In this document: piece after piece, positions 62,996 to 64,000 of the stretch
Layout: each line of letters starts with the position of its first letter
Numbering within the stretch: the stretch's first letter is position 1
Made by a program: the position numbers and the translations under genes
Assembly: GCA_965649765.1 (NCBI GenBank)
Contig: OZ287751.1
Span: 95,666,001-95,730,000, forward strand
Reading direction: 5' to 3'
Origin: Bispira polyomma
Lineage: Eukaryota
Length of the DNA stretch: 64,000 nucleotides
The notes under the pieces: model-generated
The model's database searches: none
Seen by the model: the letters and a program-made list of their open reading frames with translations, nothing else
What the model was told of the DNA's origin: nothing

Positions 62996-64000
62996 AGAGG
63001 CAGGACTTACAAATTTCCTCATTAAATTGAAACTGAGTCATTAACTATTTTTATGCATTCTCAGGGACTCCATGTGATGTGAATACTTTATACAATTAGT
63101 AATAGTAACTCTGCATATATTTTTATGTATTTTAAAGTTTAATCACAGTTTCTAGCAAAATTATTTTGTTTTTCTGCAAAAATCCCTCCAAAAATTTAGA
63201 ATAGTTAAACTGCTATTAAGATTAGGCTTTACAATTTGGGAAATTGATTACAATGGTTATGATTGTTCAACAATATGGTATCACTACTGGAATAAATATA
63301 CAACAGTTTTAAAACAATTGTGGGGGGGGGGGGGGGGGGTTGTTTGTTTGTTCTACAACTAAATTATAACTGTGACAACCCTTAAAATTTAACTCTGAAA
63401 ATATGTTATGCATAAGAAGAATGAAAATCTTACCAATCTCTCTCAAATTTTATAATATTTTCGGGCGAGCTAGCAAGGTTATTGCACAACTCAATACTTT
63501 GTTTTATAAATTTTTTTATTACATTAAGACGTTATACAATTTACAATGATAGAACACAAAGAAGAACAGTTACACAGATACATATACAGTGGTATTATTA
63601 CTATAGTGACAAATACATATACGTAGTGACAAAAGTAGTAAAATTTGCAAATCAGTTAATTCAATATTAAACAACTTTAAAGAAATCCTACTATATCTTT
63701 GATTATACTCTTTTAAAATTATCAGAGTAGTTGGGGAGTTTTAAATATACTTCAATCTTTGACTTTTCCAAATGCAAATATTCACCAAACATCAAGAGCT
63801 TTTAATTTGTTTTTGGAAAATTGATATACCATTTACCTAACGAGAATTAACAAGTTTTGAATTATATTAGATGAAGTAAATTTGTTTTTTTTCAATTCTT
63901 AATATGTTGGAACCTCTATTACCTGAACTTCTGTCATTATCTGAATACTTGATTTTAATAACTAATTTTTACACTGTCAAACTTTTGTTTTTCTATTTTT

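Noticed and set aside
72-63670. Most short ORFs in the supplied track
   Set aside because: They are 60-160 aa chance frames, antisense shadows of exons, or products of tandem repeats (e.g. 18843-19277, 21699-22172, 41078-41473, 45148-45411), with no recognisable domains.
61777-64000. First coding exon (MKIAVIGQS-like) or mitochondrial leader
   Set aside because: Not found by eye; probably outside the window, so cytosolic vs mitochondrial type is not assigned.

Overview
AT-rich, repeat-rich animal genomic DNA; the repeat types suggest an invertebrate, possibly a lophotrochozoan (inference). One protein-coding gene dominates: a minus-strand 10-formyltetrahydrofolate dehydrogenase (ALDH1L1/ALDH1L2 family). 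I traced 21 GT-AG coding exons by hand from 61776 down to the stop at 9337, totalling 2576 nt with consistent phases. They cover the formyltransferase/hydrolase, phosphopantetheinyl carrier and ALDH domains. The first coding exon(s) were not found and probably lie beyond base 64000. The last intron is about 23 kb. Introns and the 3' flank contain at least four tRNA-derived SINE families, several TA-flanked and hAT-like MITEs, a 2.09-kb hAT-type element with a perfect 8-bp TSD, and two Helentron-like (HINE-type) elements carrying internal satellites, one nested inside a hAT MITE. The most unusual signal is that three splice junctions (plus a degenerate fourth) are tandemly amplified into the intron, creating arrays of decoy splice sites. 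There is also a displaced 93-bp copy of an ALDH exon and a minisatellite made from a MITE terminus.
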